The translations under genes and the position numbers were made by a program. Below the pieces are notes generated by a model. It saw nothing but the letters and a program-made list of their open reading frames with translations. It made no database searches and was not told the DNA's origin. From Terrimicrobiaceae bacterium (GTDB taxonomy: Bacteria > Verrucomicrobiota > Verrucomicrobiia > Chthoniobacterales > Terrimicrobiaceae): a stretch of DNA of 64,000 nucleotides. This document shows, piece by piece, positions 9,670 through 19,450 of this stretch. The stretch spans positions 32,001 to 96,000 of the forward strand of contig JBGSVZ010000066.1 of the NCBI GenBank assembly GCA_041752695.1, in the 5' to 3' direction. How positions within the stretch are numbered: position 1 is the stretch's first letter; each line of letters starts with the position of its first letter.

Positions 9670-10371
9670 ATGAAAAGCGCGCCCCGTCACGTCGCCATCA
9701 TCATGGACGGCAACGGCCGTTGGGCGCAGCAGCGCGGACTTCCCCGGCTGGCCGGTCATGAACAGGGTTCCAAATCCATCCGCGAATGTGTGGAAGGTGC
9801 CATGGAGGCGGGGGTGGAATTTCTCACCCTCTATGCGTTTTCATCGGAAAATTGGAAACGTCCCGCCGCCGAGGTGTCCGGCCTGATGCTTTTGCTGGAA
9901 CGGTTTCTCGACGAAAAAATCAAGGAGATGCAGGAGGAGGGGGTTCGTCTTTTGGCCATCGGCCGCCTGGCCGAATTGCCCACCGTCTGCCAGCGCAAAC
10001 TCGCTCAAGCCATTGCCGCCACCGCCTCCAATACCAAGCTCACCGTCATCCTCGCCCTGAGCTACAGCGGACGCACCGAAATCGTGGACGCCGTGCGAGC
10101 GGTCGTGCGCGACGCCCGTGCGGGGAAGCTCGACGAAGAGCAGATTACCCAGGAATTTTTTGCGCAGCACCTCTATACCGCGGGGATTCCGGACCCCGAC
10201 CTTCTCATCCGCACTTCCGGTGAAATGCGCGTCTCGAACTTTCTCCTCTGGCAGCTCAGCTATACCGAGATCCATGTCGCGCCGAAACTCTGGCCCGATT
10301 TTCGCAAGGCCGACTTCCACGACGCCCTGCTGGATTACACGCAGCGGAGTCGGAGATACGGGGGAATTTAG
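9670..10371 (+). CDS. uppS: Undecaprenyl diphosphate synthase (isoprenyl transferase)
   Basis: HVAIIMDGNGRWA, YAFSSENWKR, DPDLLIRTSGEMRVSNFLLWQ. Confidence 0.97.
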   Translation: MKSAPRHVAIIMDGNGRWAQQRGLPRLAGHEQGSKSIRECVEGAMEAGVEFLTLYAFSSENWKRPAAEVSGLMLLLERFLDEKIKEMQEEGVRLLAIGRLAELPTVCQRKLAQAIAATASNTKLTVILALSYSGRTEIVDAVRAVVRDARAGKLDEEQITQEFFAQHLYTAGIPDPDLLIRTSGEMRVSNFLLWQLSYTEIHVAPKLWPDFRKADFHDALLDYTQRSRRYGGI

Positions 10372-10394
10372 GCGGCGGGGACTGCCACGGGGCA

Positions 10395-10422
10395 GGCGGG
10401 ATTTTGTTCTCCCGCCCTTCTT
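10395..10422. terminator. Possible terminator hairpin between convergent uppS and mlaA
   Basis: GGCGGGA-N8-TCCCGCC followed by CTTCTT. Confidence 0.35.
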
Positions 10423-10426
10423 CCGC

Positions 10427-11224
10427 TTATTTTTCCGCGATCTCTTTCCGGTATTGGACGTAGGCGCTGCGCACGGCCAGATAGGGGTCGAGGGCGTTTG
10501 CCACCGCCGTGTCGTAGGCGTCAAATTTGTTCGGCAGGAACGAGACGGTGTCCGCCACAGAAACCGGGACGGTCCAGGCCCAACTGCCATAGAAAAATGC
10601 CACCCACGTGATGGGGTTCATGGCGTAGTCACCGGCCAGGCCCACAGTTTCCCGCGTGCTGCTGGGGCCGATGATGGGCCAGACCAGATACGCCCCGTGG
10701 GGGATGCCCCACTTGGCCAATGTCTGACCGGTATCGGCGTCCGGCACATTGGCGAGGGCTGGAATCCGGTCCGAAACCCTCATGATCCCGCCAACGCCAG
10801 CGGTGGAGTTGACCAAAAAGCGTCCGGTTTCAAGCCCCGCCCGGTGAAAGTTTCCCTGCAAGGAGTCGTTGATGAACCGGACGGGGAACTCAATGTTGTC
10901 GAAGACATTGTAAACTCCGGTGCGCACGGGTTTGGGAACCACCGTCCGGTAGGTTCTCGCCACAGGCCGCAGGAGGTAACGGTAGATCTGGTGGTTGAGC
11001 CAGAAGCTGCCTCGATTCAGCGGCTCCAGCGGATCGGGGATGTCCGTCGAATCGTACTCTTCGAGATCGTCATCCTTGGCGGCGACCGATTTGCCCCCTG
11101 CCACACTTTTTCCGTCGGAGGCCGCGGCAGGCGCGGGAGGCTGTTTGCGGGCAGTGGCGCAACTCGTCAGAGACGGCGAGGCGCAGGCCAGGAGGAGGAG
11201 CAGGATGGATGGGCGGATTTTCAT
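10427..11224 (-). CDS. mlaA: MlaA/VacJ family lipoprotein
   Basis: Lipoprotein signal; DPLEPLNR, RFLVNSTAGVGG, DTGQTLAKWGI, YLVWPIIGPS, DPYLAVRSAY. Confidence 0.92.
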   Translation of the reverse strand: MKIRPSILLLLLACASPSLTSCATARKQPPAPAAASDGKSVAGGKSVAAKDDDLEEYDSTDIPDPLEPLNRGSFWLNHQIYRYLLRPVARTYRTVVPKPVRTGVYNVFDNIEFPVRFINDSLQGNFHRAGLETGRFLVNSTAGVGGIMRVSDRIPALANVPDADTGQTLAKWGIPHGAYLVWPIIGPSSTRETVGLAGDYAMNPITWVAFFYGSWAWTVPVSVADTVSFLPNKFDAYDTAVANALDPYLAVRSAYVQYRKEIAEK

Positions 11225-11805
11225 TAGTGTGCGGCTTCTGCCTGGGTAAGGGCGCCAATCACGGCGTTGGCCCCGTCTTTTTTGAACTCAGCATCAAATT
11301 GACTGCGATAATTCGCGACCAGGCTCACGCCTTCGATCACCACGTCAGTGATGCGCCAGCCTCCGTCGTCCTCCATGCGGTAGGTGACATCATACTTGCT
11401 GCCCTGGTAGGTGAGAACCGTGGGAATCTCCACCCGGCCGGGGGCGGGGGTGGTCGCGGCCTTGAAGGTGATGACCGGCTTTTCTCCCGGGGTAAACTTG
11501 CTGCTGTAGGTGCGGATGATCAGGGTGGTGAAAAGCTGGGAGGCCTTTTTTTTCTGATCGGGGGTAAACTGGCGCCAGCCCGGTCCGACGGCACGCCGGG
11601 TCATGGCGTCGAAGCTGATAGACTTCAGCAGGATCGGGCGCAAGCTGGTGGCGAGCGCGGCGGTCGTGGGGGCGCGGTTGGCGGCGGAGAGCACCTCGTC
11701 CACTGCGGTCTGGAGGCGCTTTTCCGCCTCAGCGGAGGAGGCCAGTGCGGTCCCGTGGAGGACCAGGAAAGTCGCCAGAAATTGACCAAGACTCCGAAGG
11801 TTCAC
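11224..11805 (-). CDS. mlaC: MlaC/Ttg2D periplasmic phospholipid-binding protein
   Basis: WRITDVVIEGVSLVANYRSQF motif; operon context. Confidence 0.9.
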   Translation of the reverse strand: MNLRSLGQFLATFLVLHGTALASSAEAEKRLQTAVDEVLSAANRAPTTAALATSLRPILLKSISFDAMTRRAVGPGWRQFTPDQKKKASQLFTTLIIRTYSSKFTPGEKPVITFKAATTPAPGRVEIPTVLTYQGSKYDVTYRMEDDGGWRITDVVIEGVSLVANYRSQFDAEFKKDGANAVIGALTQAEAAH

Positions 11806-12284
11806 GGGATGGGAGTGGGTTCGGCGTTGGCGTCGGACTTCACGCTGCCAAAGGCCATTTTGCTGATCAACGATTCCAGATCGACCGCAGATTCCGTCAT
11901 AATGATTCGTGTCCCGGGCTCCAGATAAGTTTCATCGGCGCCGGGGGAAAGGGATACGTATTTGTCCCCGATGAGTCCAGAGGTTTTGATGGCGGCCATG
12001 CTATCGGTCGGCAGACGGAGTTGGGAGGCAATCCTCAGCGTGGCGATCGCGCTGTAGTCGGCGGGATCCATGCGGACGGTTTCCACGCGTCCCACGCTCA
12101 CTCCAGCCAGCATGACGGTGCTGCCCTTGTTGAGTCCGCCGGCATTGGCAAAGCGCGCCTCCACGAGGTAGGTGTCGCCACCAACAAGGGAGCCGGAGCC
12201 GAGCTTGATGGTCAGGTAGGCAATGGCAGCGAGGCCAAGCAACACAAAGATCCCGACCAGCAGCTCAAGGTTGGTTTTTTTCAT
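11802..12284 (-). CDS. mlaD: MlaD MCE-domain protein
   Basis: N-terminal TM helix; FANAGGL...GVSVGRV, IKTSGLIGDKYVSLSPG. Confidence 0.93.
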   Translation of the reverse strand: MKKTNLELLVGIFVLLGLAAIAYLTIKLGSGSLVGGDTYLVEARFANAGGLNKGSTVMLAGVSVGRVETVRMDPADYSAIATLRIASQLRLPTDSMAAIKTSGLIGDKYVSLSPGADETYLEPGTRIIMTESAVDLESLISKMAFGSVKSDANAEPTPIP

Positions 12285-13075
12285 GACGTTAGAAGGGTAG
12301 GGGCTTCCTGGCGAATGGCAGCAAGAGTCCGGCCAAGAGCGTCAGCACTGTCGCGGAATCCGCAGACCACGGGGTGCGAGGAGGCGGAAAATTCGGCAGG
12401 CGTGCCCTCGAAGCAGATCCGGCCATGGTCCAGGAGTGCCACACGGTCGCTGGCCACAAGAGCTTCGACGACGTCATGAGTCACGACGAGTGCCGTGAAT
12501 CCGAACTGGCGCTGGTAGCGGGCGATCATGGCAAAGACCGCATTGCGGCGGAGGGGGTCGAGGCCTGCGGTGGGTTCGTCGAAAAAGACCAGTTCGGGCC
12601 GCGTGACAATCGCGCGGGCGAGGGCAAGCCGCTTCTGCATGCCGCCGGAGAGCTGGCCGGGGTAGTGGTCGCCATGGTTTTCCATTTCGAGCTGCCGCAG
12701 GGCTTCGTGGCAACGGTCCTGGATTTCCCGGTCGGGAAGGCTGGTCGTTTGTTCAAGCGGAAGGGCGACATTTTCCAAAGCCGTGAGCGAATCGAAGAGG
12801 GCGTTGCTTTGAAAGAGGAAACTGCAGCGCCGCTGAAACTCTCGCCGGGTGGCCGGGCAGAGGAGATGTCCATCGAAGAGGATGCGACCGGAATCGGGCT
12901 CCTCCACATTCGCGAGGCATTTGAGGAAAACCGATTTGCCGGCTCCGCTGGGACCGAGCACAGAGAAAAGTCCGCCGCGCGGCACTTCCAGTCCCACTCC
13001 CTTGAGGACGGGACGTCCCTCAAAGCCCTTGTGCAGGTCCTCGACTTGAAGAAGAACATCGCGCTCGCCTTCCAT
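12281..13075 (-). CDS. mlaF: MlaF ABC transporter ATP-binding protein
   Basis: GPSGAGKS, LSGGMQKR, FFDEPTAGLDP; start at MEGERD. Confidence 0.9.
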   Translation of the reverse strand: MEGERDVLLQVEDLHKGFEGRPVLKGVGLEVPRGGLFSVLGPSGAGKSVFLKCLANVEEPDSGRILFDGHLLCPATRREFQRRCSFLFQSNALFDSLTALENVALPLEQTTSLPDREIQDRCHEALRQLEMENHGDHYPGQLSGGMQKRLALARAIVTRPELVFFDEPTAGLDPLRRNAVFAMIARYQRQFGFTALVVTHDVVEALVASDRVALLDHGRICFEGTPAEFSASSHPVVCGFRDSADALGRTLAAIRQEAPTLLTS

Positions 13076-13077
13076 GG

Positions 13078-13854
13078 TCAGACCAGAAACGACGTAATGA
13101 CGTAGTCGGCCACAAGCACAGCGATGCTGGAATGGACGACGGCCCTTGTGGTGGAGGCGCTCACGGCCTGGGCCCCGGTGGCCGAACGGCAGCGATGCGC
13201 GTTGTAGCCGTGGAACGCGCAAATCGACATGGCCAGCAGGCCAAAAGTTCCGGCTTTCAGAAAACATTCCCGGACATCTGCCGCGCGCACGGCCTGCTCG
13301 ACCGACGACCAATACACGCCCGACTCCACCCCGAGCAACAACGACCCGGAAAGACTGCCGCCCCACAACCCGACCGCCACAAAAAGCGCCGTCTGGGCGG
13401 GGAAAACCACCAGTGCCGTAAGAAGTCGCGGGGCCACCAGATAACCGTGGCTGCTCACGCCCATGGTTTCGAGCGCGACGATTTGCTCGCTGTTGCGCTG
13501 AATTCCCAACTCCGCGGCCAACGCCGAACCCGCCTGGCCGACCAGCATGAGCGCGGCCAGCACCGGAGCCATTTCCCGCACCAGGCTCAGAGAAACCAGC
13601 GCGCCAAGAAGACCTTCCGAGCCAAAGCGATTGAGCACGTAATAGCCCTGCAACCCAAGCACCAACCCCGTGAAGGTCCCGACGATCAGGATCACGGGTA
13701 GACAGAGCGTCCCCTGTTCAAAGATGGAGCGCAAAATCCGGCGAAAGAGTCGGCGGGAATGCACGGCCGACCGGAAGGATTTTCCGGTGAACAAGGCAAA
13801 ATCCCCAAATCCGGTCACAATTTGGAGAGTTTGCCGGCCAATCGCGTGCAACAT
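13078..13854 (-). CDS. mlaE: MlaE ABC transporter permease
   Basis: VREMAPVLAALM, GSALAAELG, SEQIVALETMG, TTRAVV. Confidence 0.92.
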   Translation of the reverse strand: MLHAIGRQTLQIVTGFGDFALFTGKSFRSAVHSRRLFRRILRSIFEQGTLCLPVILIVGTFTGLVLGLQGYYVLNRFGSEGLLGALVSLSLVREMAPVLAALMLVGQAGSALAAELGIQRNSEQIVALETMGVSSHGYLVAPRLLTALVVFPAQTALFVAVGLWGGSLSGSLLLGVESGVYWSSVEQAVRAADVRECFLKAGTFGLLAMSICAFHGYNAHRCRSATGAQAVSASTTRAVVHSSIAVLVADYVITSFLV

Positions 13855-13971
13855 CACGCGAATTGATGGCAGGAAGAAATCGGTTGTGCAATGCCTCTGG
13901 AGGCAGAACCGGCGGATCGATCCACTCGCCGCGCTGGCTGGAAAAAACTTTTTTGAAAAAATGGCTGTCGG

Positions 13972-13998
13972 TGTCCTTTTCGCGCCGCGTTGTTCGTC
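13972..13998 (+). promoter_or_regulatory. Candidate ECF42-type promoter TGTCCT-N17-CGTC
   Basis: Resembles the ECF42 consensus (-35 TGTCGA, -10 CGTC) and lies directly ahead of the operon ending in the ECF42 sigma gene. Confidence 0.55.
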
Positions 13999-14042
13999 GT
14001 TTCCTTTAAAGGCCGCTCCGCTGAGCCGGGCAAACACTCATC

Positions 14043-14450
14043 ATGAATTCTCAAATCTTCGTCAACCTGCCCGTCGCGGATCTCCCTCGGTCCCGCGAAT
14101 TCTTCGAGGCCCTTGGCTACACATTCAACGAACAATTTTCCGACGACACCGCAGCCTGTCTGGTGATCAGCGAAAACATCAACGCCATGCTTCTCACTCA
14201 TGGGAAATTCAGGGAGTTTTCGCCCAGGGCCATCTGCGATTCGTCGAAGGCCTGCGAGGTTTTGATCTGCCTGAGCTGCGATACCCGAGAAGAATTGGAA
14301 ACTCTCGTGCGCCAAGCCGTGGCCGCGGGCGGGTCCACTTACGCTGTGCCCAAGGATTATGGATTTATGTACCAACACAGCTTTCAGGATCTTGACGGGC
14401 ATTGCTGGGAGCTGGTTCAGATGGTGCCCGGAGTAAAGTGCCCTGGCTGA
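14043..14450 (+). CDS. VOC/glyoxalase family protein
   Basis: IFVNLPVADLPRSREFF...DYGFMYQHSFQDLDGHCWE. Confidence 0.9.
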   Translation: MNSQIFVNLPVADLPRSREFFEALGYTFNEQFSDDTAACLVISENINAMLLTHGKFREFSPRAICDSSKACEVLICLSCDTREELETLVRQAVAAGGSTYAVPKDYGFMYQHSFQDLDGHCWELVQMVPGVKCPG

Positions 14451-14471
14451 CGCTCTAACCGGAAATCGCTC

Positions 14472-15359
14472 ATGAAGACTTCATCCACTCTGCAAACCTC
14501 CCGGCTCATCCCGGCCACGCCTGCATTTATCCTCCGGGCCTTTCAGGACCCTGAACGCCTCGCCCGCTGGTGGGGGCCGAAAGGATTTCGGAACACCTTC
14601 CACGAATTTGCCTTCGAGCCCGGTGGCGCATGGAGCTACGACATGCACGGCCCGGACGGCACCGTCTATCCGAACAAGAGTATTTTTGACGCAATTTCAG
14701 CGGAACGCATCGTCATCCGCCACCTCGAGCCGATGCACCAGTTTCTCCTCAGCATCACTCTGTCCCCAGAGGGCGAGGGGACCCGGCTCACCTGGACGAT
14801 GGTTTTTGATTCGGTGGAGGAATGCGGCAAAGTGCGCACTTTCGTTCCCCGGTGTAACGAAGAAAACCTCGACCGCCTCGAAAGCGAACTCGCCCGCCTC
14901 ACCGCCGGCGATCGCGAGTTAGTGATTCTCCGTTACGTCGAGGCCCCGCCGGAAAAATTGTATCGGGCCTGGACCGAACCCGACCTGCTGAAACAATGGT
15001 TTGCCCCGCTTCCGTATACCACTCCGGTGGCCGAGCTCGATGTGCGCCCCGGAGGTTCCAGCCTCATTATCATGCGCGGTCCGGACGGCACCGATCTTCC
15101 AAATCCGGGTGTCTATCTCGAGGTGGTGCCCAACGAAAAACTCGTCATCACCGATGCCTATACCAAAGCATGGGAACCTTCCTCGAAACCCTTTCTCACG
15201 ATTGTCCTCACGTTCGAAGACCTAGGCGGACGCACCCGTTACACCGCACGCGCTTTGCACTGGAAGGGTGAGGACCGCGAAACTCACGAAAAAATGGGCT
15301 TCTATCCTGGCTGGGGCCAATGTGCCGACCAACTCGAAGCCCTCGTTGCCCGCATTTAA
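14472..15359 (+). CDS. Tandem SRPBCC (AHSA1-like) domain protein
   Basis: Two repeats: DPERLARWWGP...PGG and EPDLLKQWFAP...DVRPGG...HEKMGF. Confidence 0.88.
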   Translation: MKTSSTLQTSRLIPATPAFILRAFQDPERLARWWGPKGFRNTFHEFAFEPGGAWSYDMHGPDGTVYPNKSIFDAISAERIVIRHLEPMHQFLLSITLSPEGEGTRLTWTMVFDSVEECGKVRTFVPRCNEENLDRLESELARLTAGDRELVILRYVEAPPEKLYRAWTEPDLLKQWFAPLPYTTPVAELDVRPGGSSLIIMRGPDGTDLPNPGVYLEVVPNEKLVITDAYTKAWEPSSKPFLTIVLTFEDLGGRTRYTARALHWKGEDRETHEKMGFYPGWGQCADQLEALVARI

Positions 15360-15380
15360 AAACAGAACCTCATCCAAACT

Positions 15381-15917
15381 ATGATTATCAAGATTCTGAT
15401 CGGCTTTTTCCTCCTTGTTGCCATTCTCCTCATCGTCATCGCCACCCGGCCGGCGGACTTCCGATATAGTCGGTCTTTGGCCATTGCCGCACCACCAGAC
15501 GCCCTTTTCGGTCAGATCAACGACTTGCATAAGTTCCAGGATTGGAATCCCTGGGCCCAAGTTGATCCCGCCGCAAAAATCGAATACACTGGCCCGGCCT
15601 CCGGAGTCGGAGCGGCCTACTCGTGGGATGGCAACAACGACGTCGGCGCTGGCGTGATGACCATCGTCGAGTCGAAACCCAGCGAACTCGTGCGCGTCCG
15701 GATGGATTTCAAAAAACCAATGGCCGCCATCCACGACGCCGAATTCACCTTCCGACCCGATGGCGACAAAACTCTCGTCACCTGGAGCATGTCGGGCAAA
15801 AACAATTTCATGAGCAAAGCCTTCGGGCTGGTCGTCGACTGCGACAAAATGGTCGGCGACCAGTTTGCCCAGGGCCTCGCCACGCTCAAGACCCTCACCG
15901 AAAAAACCCAACCCTAA
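15381..15917 (+). CDS. SRPBCC / polyketide cyclase-like protein with N-terminal anchor
   Basis: DWNPW, GVGAAYSWDGN, VTWSMSG, GLATLK. Confidence 0.85.
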   Translation: MIIKILIGFFLLVAILLIVIATRPADFRYSRSLAIAAPPDALFGQINDLHKFQDWNPWAQVDPAAKIEYTGPASGVGAAYSWDGNNDVGAGVMTIVESKPSELVRVRMDFKKPMAAIHDAEFTFRPDGDKTLVTWSMSGKNNFMSKAFGLVVDCDKMVGDQFAQGLATLKTLTEKTQP

Positions 15918-15930
15918 GAAAACCCACCCC

Positions 15931-16407
15931 ATGAGCACACCCAACTACCCACCTCTGATTTCTTACCTCGGCGTCAAGGATGCCGCCAAGGCCATCGCGT
16001 TTTACCAGGCCGCCTTTGGAGCGAAGGAAGTTTACCGTCTGACCGACTCGGCCTCGGGGCAGATCGGACATGCCGAACTCGAACTCAACGGCAGCATGAT
16101 CATGCTTTCTGATGAGTTTCCGGGGTTTAACACCACCCCTCAGGCGCTCGGCGGTACGCCGGTGAAATTCTGCCTGATGGTGGAAAGTGCCGACGCTGCC
16201 TTTGATCGCGCCGTGGCGGCTGGCGCGGAAGTGCTGCGTCCGGTGACCGACGAATTCTACGGCTACCGCAGCGGCTCCTTGCGCGACCCCTTTGGCCACG
16301 AGTGGATGCTCCAGCACGAGATTGAAAAAGTCTCGCCCGAGGAAATGCAGAAACGCTGGGATGAGATGGCGAAGGATTGTCAGGGTCCCGACAGCGAAAC
16401 CAAGTAG
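15931..16407 (+). CDS. VOC family protein (PhnB-like)
   Basis: AAKAIAFYQAAFGA, GHAEL, FYGYRSGSLRDPFGHEW. Confidence 0.9.
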   Translation: MSTPNYPPLISYLGVKDAAKAIAFYQAAFGAKEVYRLTDSASGQIGHAELELNGSMIMLSDEFPGFNTTPQALGGTPVKFCLMVESADAAFDRAVAAGAEVLRPVTDEFYGYRSGSLRDPFGHEWMLQHEIEKVSPEEMQKRWDEMAKDCQGPDSETK

Positions 16408-16410
16408 TTC

Positions 16411-16797
16411 ATGAACCCGCAAAGATCCACCAACGAACACCTCCTCATCCGCGGCACGCATTGGAGTGCGGGATTGTCGCCTGCTGAATTGCAGCGGGTG
16501 ATGACCGACTTTTACGCCTGGGTCGAAGGACTGAGCGCCAGCGGCATCCATCGCGGGGCGCAGCCTCTGATGGAAGAAGGCAAAGTGGTTTCCGGCGCGT
16601 TAGGCTCCTCCGTAACCGATGGTGCGTTTGCGGAATCCAAGGAAGCCATCGCGGGCTACTTCCTTCTCGCCGTGGCTGATCAGGACGAAGCCGTGCGCAT
16701 CGCCCAGGCCTGCCCCATCCTGGCCTACGGCGCGCAAATCGAAGTGCGCCCCATTGCGGACCTTTGCCGGCCGATGGCAGAAGTGAAGGCGGTATAA
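16411..16797 (+). CDS. YciI/DGPF-domain protein
   Basis: VTDGAFAESKEAIAGYFLL, ACP, IEVRPI; immediately upstream of the ECF42 gene. Confidence 0.88.
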   Translation: MNPQRSTNEHLLIRGTHWSAGLSPAELQRVMTDFYAWVEGLSASGIHRGAQPLMEEGKVVSGALGSSVTDGAFAESKEAIAGYFLLAVADQDEAVRIAQACPILAYGAQIEVRPIADLCRPMAEVKAV

Positions 16798-16799
16798 GG

Positions 16800-18074
16800 A
16801 TGTTCGGAGGGACAACCGACCCCTCCGCGCAACTCGCGGATAACCTTTTTCGCCGCGAGAGCAGCCGATTGGTTGCCTTGTTGGTTGGACAGTTTGGTGT
16901 CCACCGTTTGCAACTGGCCGAGGACGTCGTGCAGGAGGCCCTGGTCAGAGCCTTGCAGACCTGGCCCTACCGTGGTCAGCCGGACAACCCTGCGGCGTGG
17001 CTTCTCCAGACGGCAAAAAATCTTGCCCTCGATAGTTTGCGCCGGGAACAGCGTTGGAGCGAAAGAGAGGACCGCATCGCTGCCGAACAAGAACGCTGGC
17101 TGTCCGAGCCCGCCGGAGAAACCCACGAAACCTTTTCCGATGATTCGTTGCGTTTGATGTTCGTCTGCTTTCATCCGCAGCTTTCGACCGAGGCGCAAAC
17201 CGCCCTGGCGTTGCGCACGCTTTGCGGGTTGAGTCCAGCCGAAATCGCCGCTGCGTTTCTCACCAGCGAGGCCGCTATTAGCAAACGTCTGGTGCGCGCG
17301 CGGCGGCGGATACAGGAACTTGCCCTGCCATTTGCCGTCCCTCTGCCCGACGAACTTCCCGCCCGCCTTGATGGCGTGCTGGGCACCATTTACCTGCTTT
17401 TCAACGAGGGATACAAAGCGTCCGCTGGCTCGCGCCTCGTTCGCGAGGACCTGTGTTACGAAGCCATCCGTCTGGCGGAGTTGCTGGCCCAGCATCCCTA
17501 TACCAATGTTCCTCGCACCCATGCTCTCCTCGCGTTAATGCTTCTGAACGCTGCCCGTTTGCCCGCCCGCACCGATGATGCCGGCAATCTCCTTCGGCTC
17601 CATGAGCAAAATCGTTCGGCTTGGGACACTTCCCTGATCCAGCGCGGGATCCGCGCTCTCGGCCAGTCGGCCCGCGGCGACACCGTTGGCGAATACCACT
17701 TGGAGGCGGGTATAGCAGCCTGTCACAGCACGGCACCCGACGAAACTTCCACCGATTGGCCGCGAATTCTCTCCCTTTACGACCGCCTGGTTGAACTCAC
17801 CCCGTCGCCCGTCGCGGCGATGAACCGTGCGGTGGCGGTCGCCCGCGTGCACGGCCCCCAAGCCGGACTCGACGCCCTCGGCGGGATCACCAACCGCCGA
17901 TCACTGGAATCCTATCATCTCTACTACGCCATCCGTGGCACGCTAGCCGCCGAACTTGGCCAAATTGCCGCGGCACTCACGCATTTTCGGATGGCGGGCA
18001 GTCTCGCCGCGCTGCCAGCGGAGCGCGATTTCATTGCCCGCCGGATTCGGGAATGCGAAGGCCGGATGCCATGA
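16800..18074 (+). CDS. ECF sigma factor with C-terminal TPR extension (ECF42 group)
   Basis: LAEDVVQEAL, LRLMFVCFHP, IYLLFNEGY, WPRILSLYDRL; DGPF neighbour. Confidence 0.9.
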   Translation: MFGGTTDPSAQLADNLFRRESSRLVALLVGQFGVHRLQLAEDVVQEALVRALQTWPYRGQPDNPAAWLLQTAKNLALDSLRREQRWSEREDRIAAEQERWLSEPAGETHETFSDDSLRLMFVCFHPQLSTEAQTALALRTLCGLSPAEIAAAFLTSEAAISKRLVRARRRIQELALPFAVPLPDELPARLDGVLGTIYLLFNEGYKASAGSRLVREDLCYEAIRLAELLAQHPYTNVPRTHALLALMLLNAARLPARTDDAGNLLRLHEQNRSAWDTSLIQRGIRALGQSARGDTVGEYHLEAGIAACHSTAPDETSTDWPRILSLYDRLVELTPSPVAAMNRAVAVARVHGPQAGLDALGGITNRRSLESYHLYYAIRGTLAAELGQIAAALTHFRMAGSLAALPAERDFIARRIRECEGRMP

Positions 18075-18096
18075 AGAGTGAGGAAAATCCGGGCGG

Positions 18097-19302
18097 TTAA
18101 GCGGACCGTGGAGCATCGGCGGGCAGGTAGCGGCGCAGAGCGTAGGCAACGTAGGCAAGGGCTCCGAGGGGCTGCAGGGCAAGGAGGAGGGGCATCTGGA
18201 GACGAGGCACAAATCCAACGCGAAGGACGGCCAGAAGCAGAATCCCGTAGGCGGTCAGGGCGGCGAGTCGGGTGAAACGGTCGGTGGGACGGGTAAGAAC
18301 ATCCACGACAGCGAGCGCGGCGGCCGGGGCCAGGAGGAGGTAGGTGAGCCATTCGGAGGCGGGGCCCAACAAAACCATCCACGCGCAAACAAAAGCGAAA
18401 AGCCCGCCGAGGAGGCGTTCGGCCGGCCAGCGGCGGAGGGCCCCCACCAGGCAGAAGGAGGCAATGGCGGCACCGCTGGCCGCGCGCAGGAGGGTGTAGG
18501 CGGATTCGGTGAGCGGCAGTCCCAGGACGCGGACGAGAAGAAACCAGAGATCGAGCGGCGCGATGGCGAGGTCGTAGTTGAGGCGATTGTCGGCCAGGCG
18601 GGTGGCGACCCATTCGCGGTATTGTTCTGCCACGTAGGCCGGTTTTTGAAAAAGGAAAGGCAGGGCGGCCATGAGGGCGAGCGCCAGAAAAAACCGCCAG
18701 GAAAACGCCTTTGGCGCGACGACGCAGAGAAGCAGGCCGGCAACAAGGGGGTAGATTTTCCAGTGCACGGCTCCGGCAACGGCCAGCGCGGCAAGCGTCC
18801 ATCGGCCGGTGCAGGCGGCGGCAATTCCGGCCATGAGGAGTCCGATCACCATGGGGTTCGCCTGGCCACTGTCGATGTTGCTGAGGGAAAGCGGGAGGAT
18901 CAGGAGAAAAACAATTCCGTGGAAGCGCGTCGGAATCCGGTCGAACGGACCGAGGCGCAACACACTCCAGAGGCCTCCCAGGAGACAGGCGATGGACAGG
19001 AGGCGCCAGATAACGTTGGCCACCGCCGGAGGGACGCTGGTGAAGGGGGAGAAGAAGACGGCGGCAAGCGGACTGTAAACGAACCCTTTGTTCGGCTTGT
19101 AGCTGTAAAGATCGACGCCCTCGAGCCAGCGGTCCGCCCCGCGCAGGTAGGGCGCGAAGCCGGTCACCTTGTCAGGTTTGGCGATAAAGATGCCAACGAT
19201 GACGAGGCAAACCGTGAGCCACGCGATGATGGCCAGGGTGCGCCAGCGGTTGGCGGCGTCGAGGCGGAGAAGGGCGAGGCGTTGGTCCCAGGAATTTTTC
19301 AC
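18097..19302 (-). CDS. Glycosyltransferase family 87 (DUF2029) polytopic membrane protein
   Basis: GFVYSPLAAVFFSPF, GQAN, KIYP, many TM helices. Confidence 0.8.
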   Translation of the reverse strand: MKNSWDQRLALLRLDAANRWRTLAIIAWLTVCLVIVGIFIAKPDKVTGFAPYLRGADRWLEGVDLYSYKPNKGFVYSPLAAVFFSPFTSVPPAVANVIWRLLSIACLLGGLWSVLRLGPFDRIPTRFHGIVFLLILPLSLSNIDSGQANPMVIGLLMAGIAAACTGRWTLAALAVAGAVHWKIYPLVAGLLLCVVAPKAFSWRFFLALALMAALPFLFQKPAYVAEQYREWVATRLADNRLNYDLAIAPLDLWFLLVRVLGLPLTESAYTLLRAASGAAIASFCLVGALRRWPAERLLGGLFAFVCAWMVLLGPASEWLTYLLLAPAAALAVVDVLTRPTDRFTRLAALTAYGILLLAVLRVGFVPRLQMPLLLALQPLGALAYVAYALRRYLPADAPRSA

Positions 19303-19450
19303 AGCGTGGCAGGTGGAATAGCGGGGCCGACGCCCGGCGGGAAGCGGGAAACCCGCGGTTGGCTTTTGGGCCGACAGGCGGGGCCGTCAAAATTTTCAAA
19401 AAAAGTGAAAATCTTCTTGCGTGTCCGAATTCCTGTGGCAATGTTGGAAT

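Noticed and set aside
10427..13854. mla operon lacking mlaB as a novelty
   Set aside because: MlaB absence and linkage of mlaA are common outside Enterobacteria.
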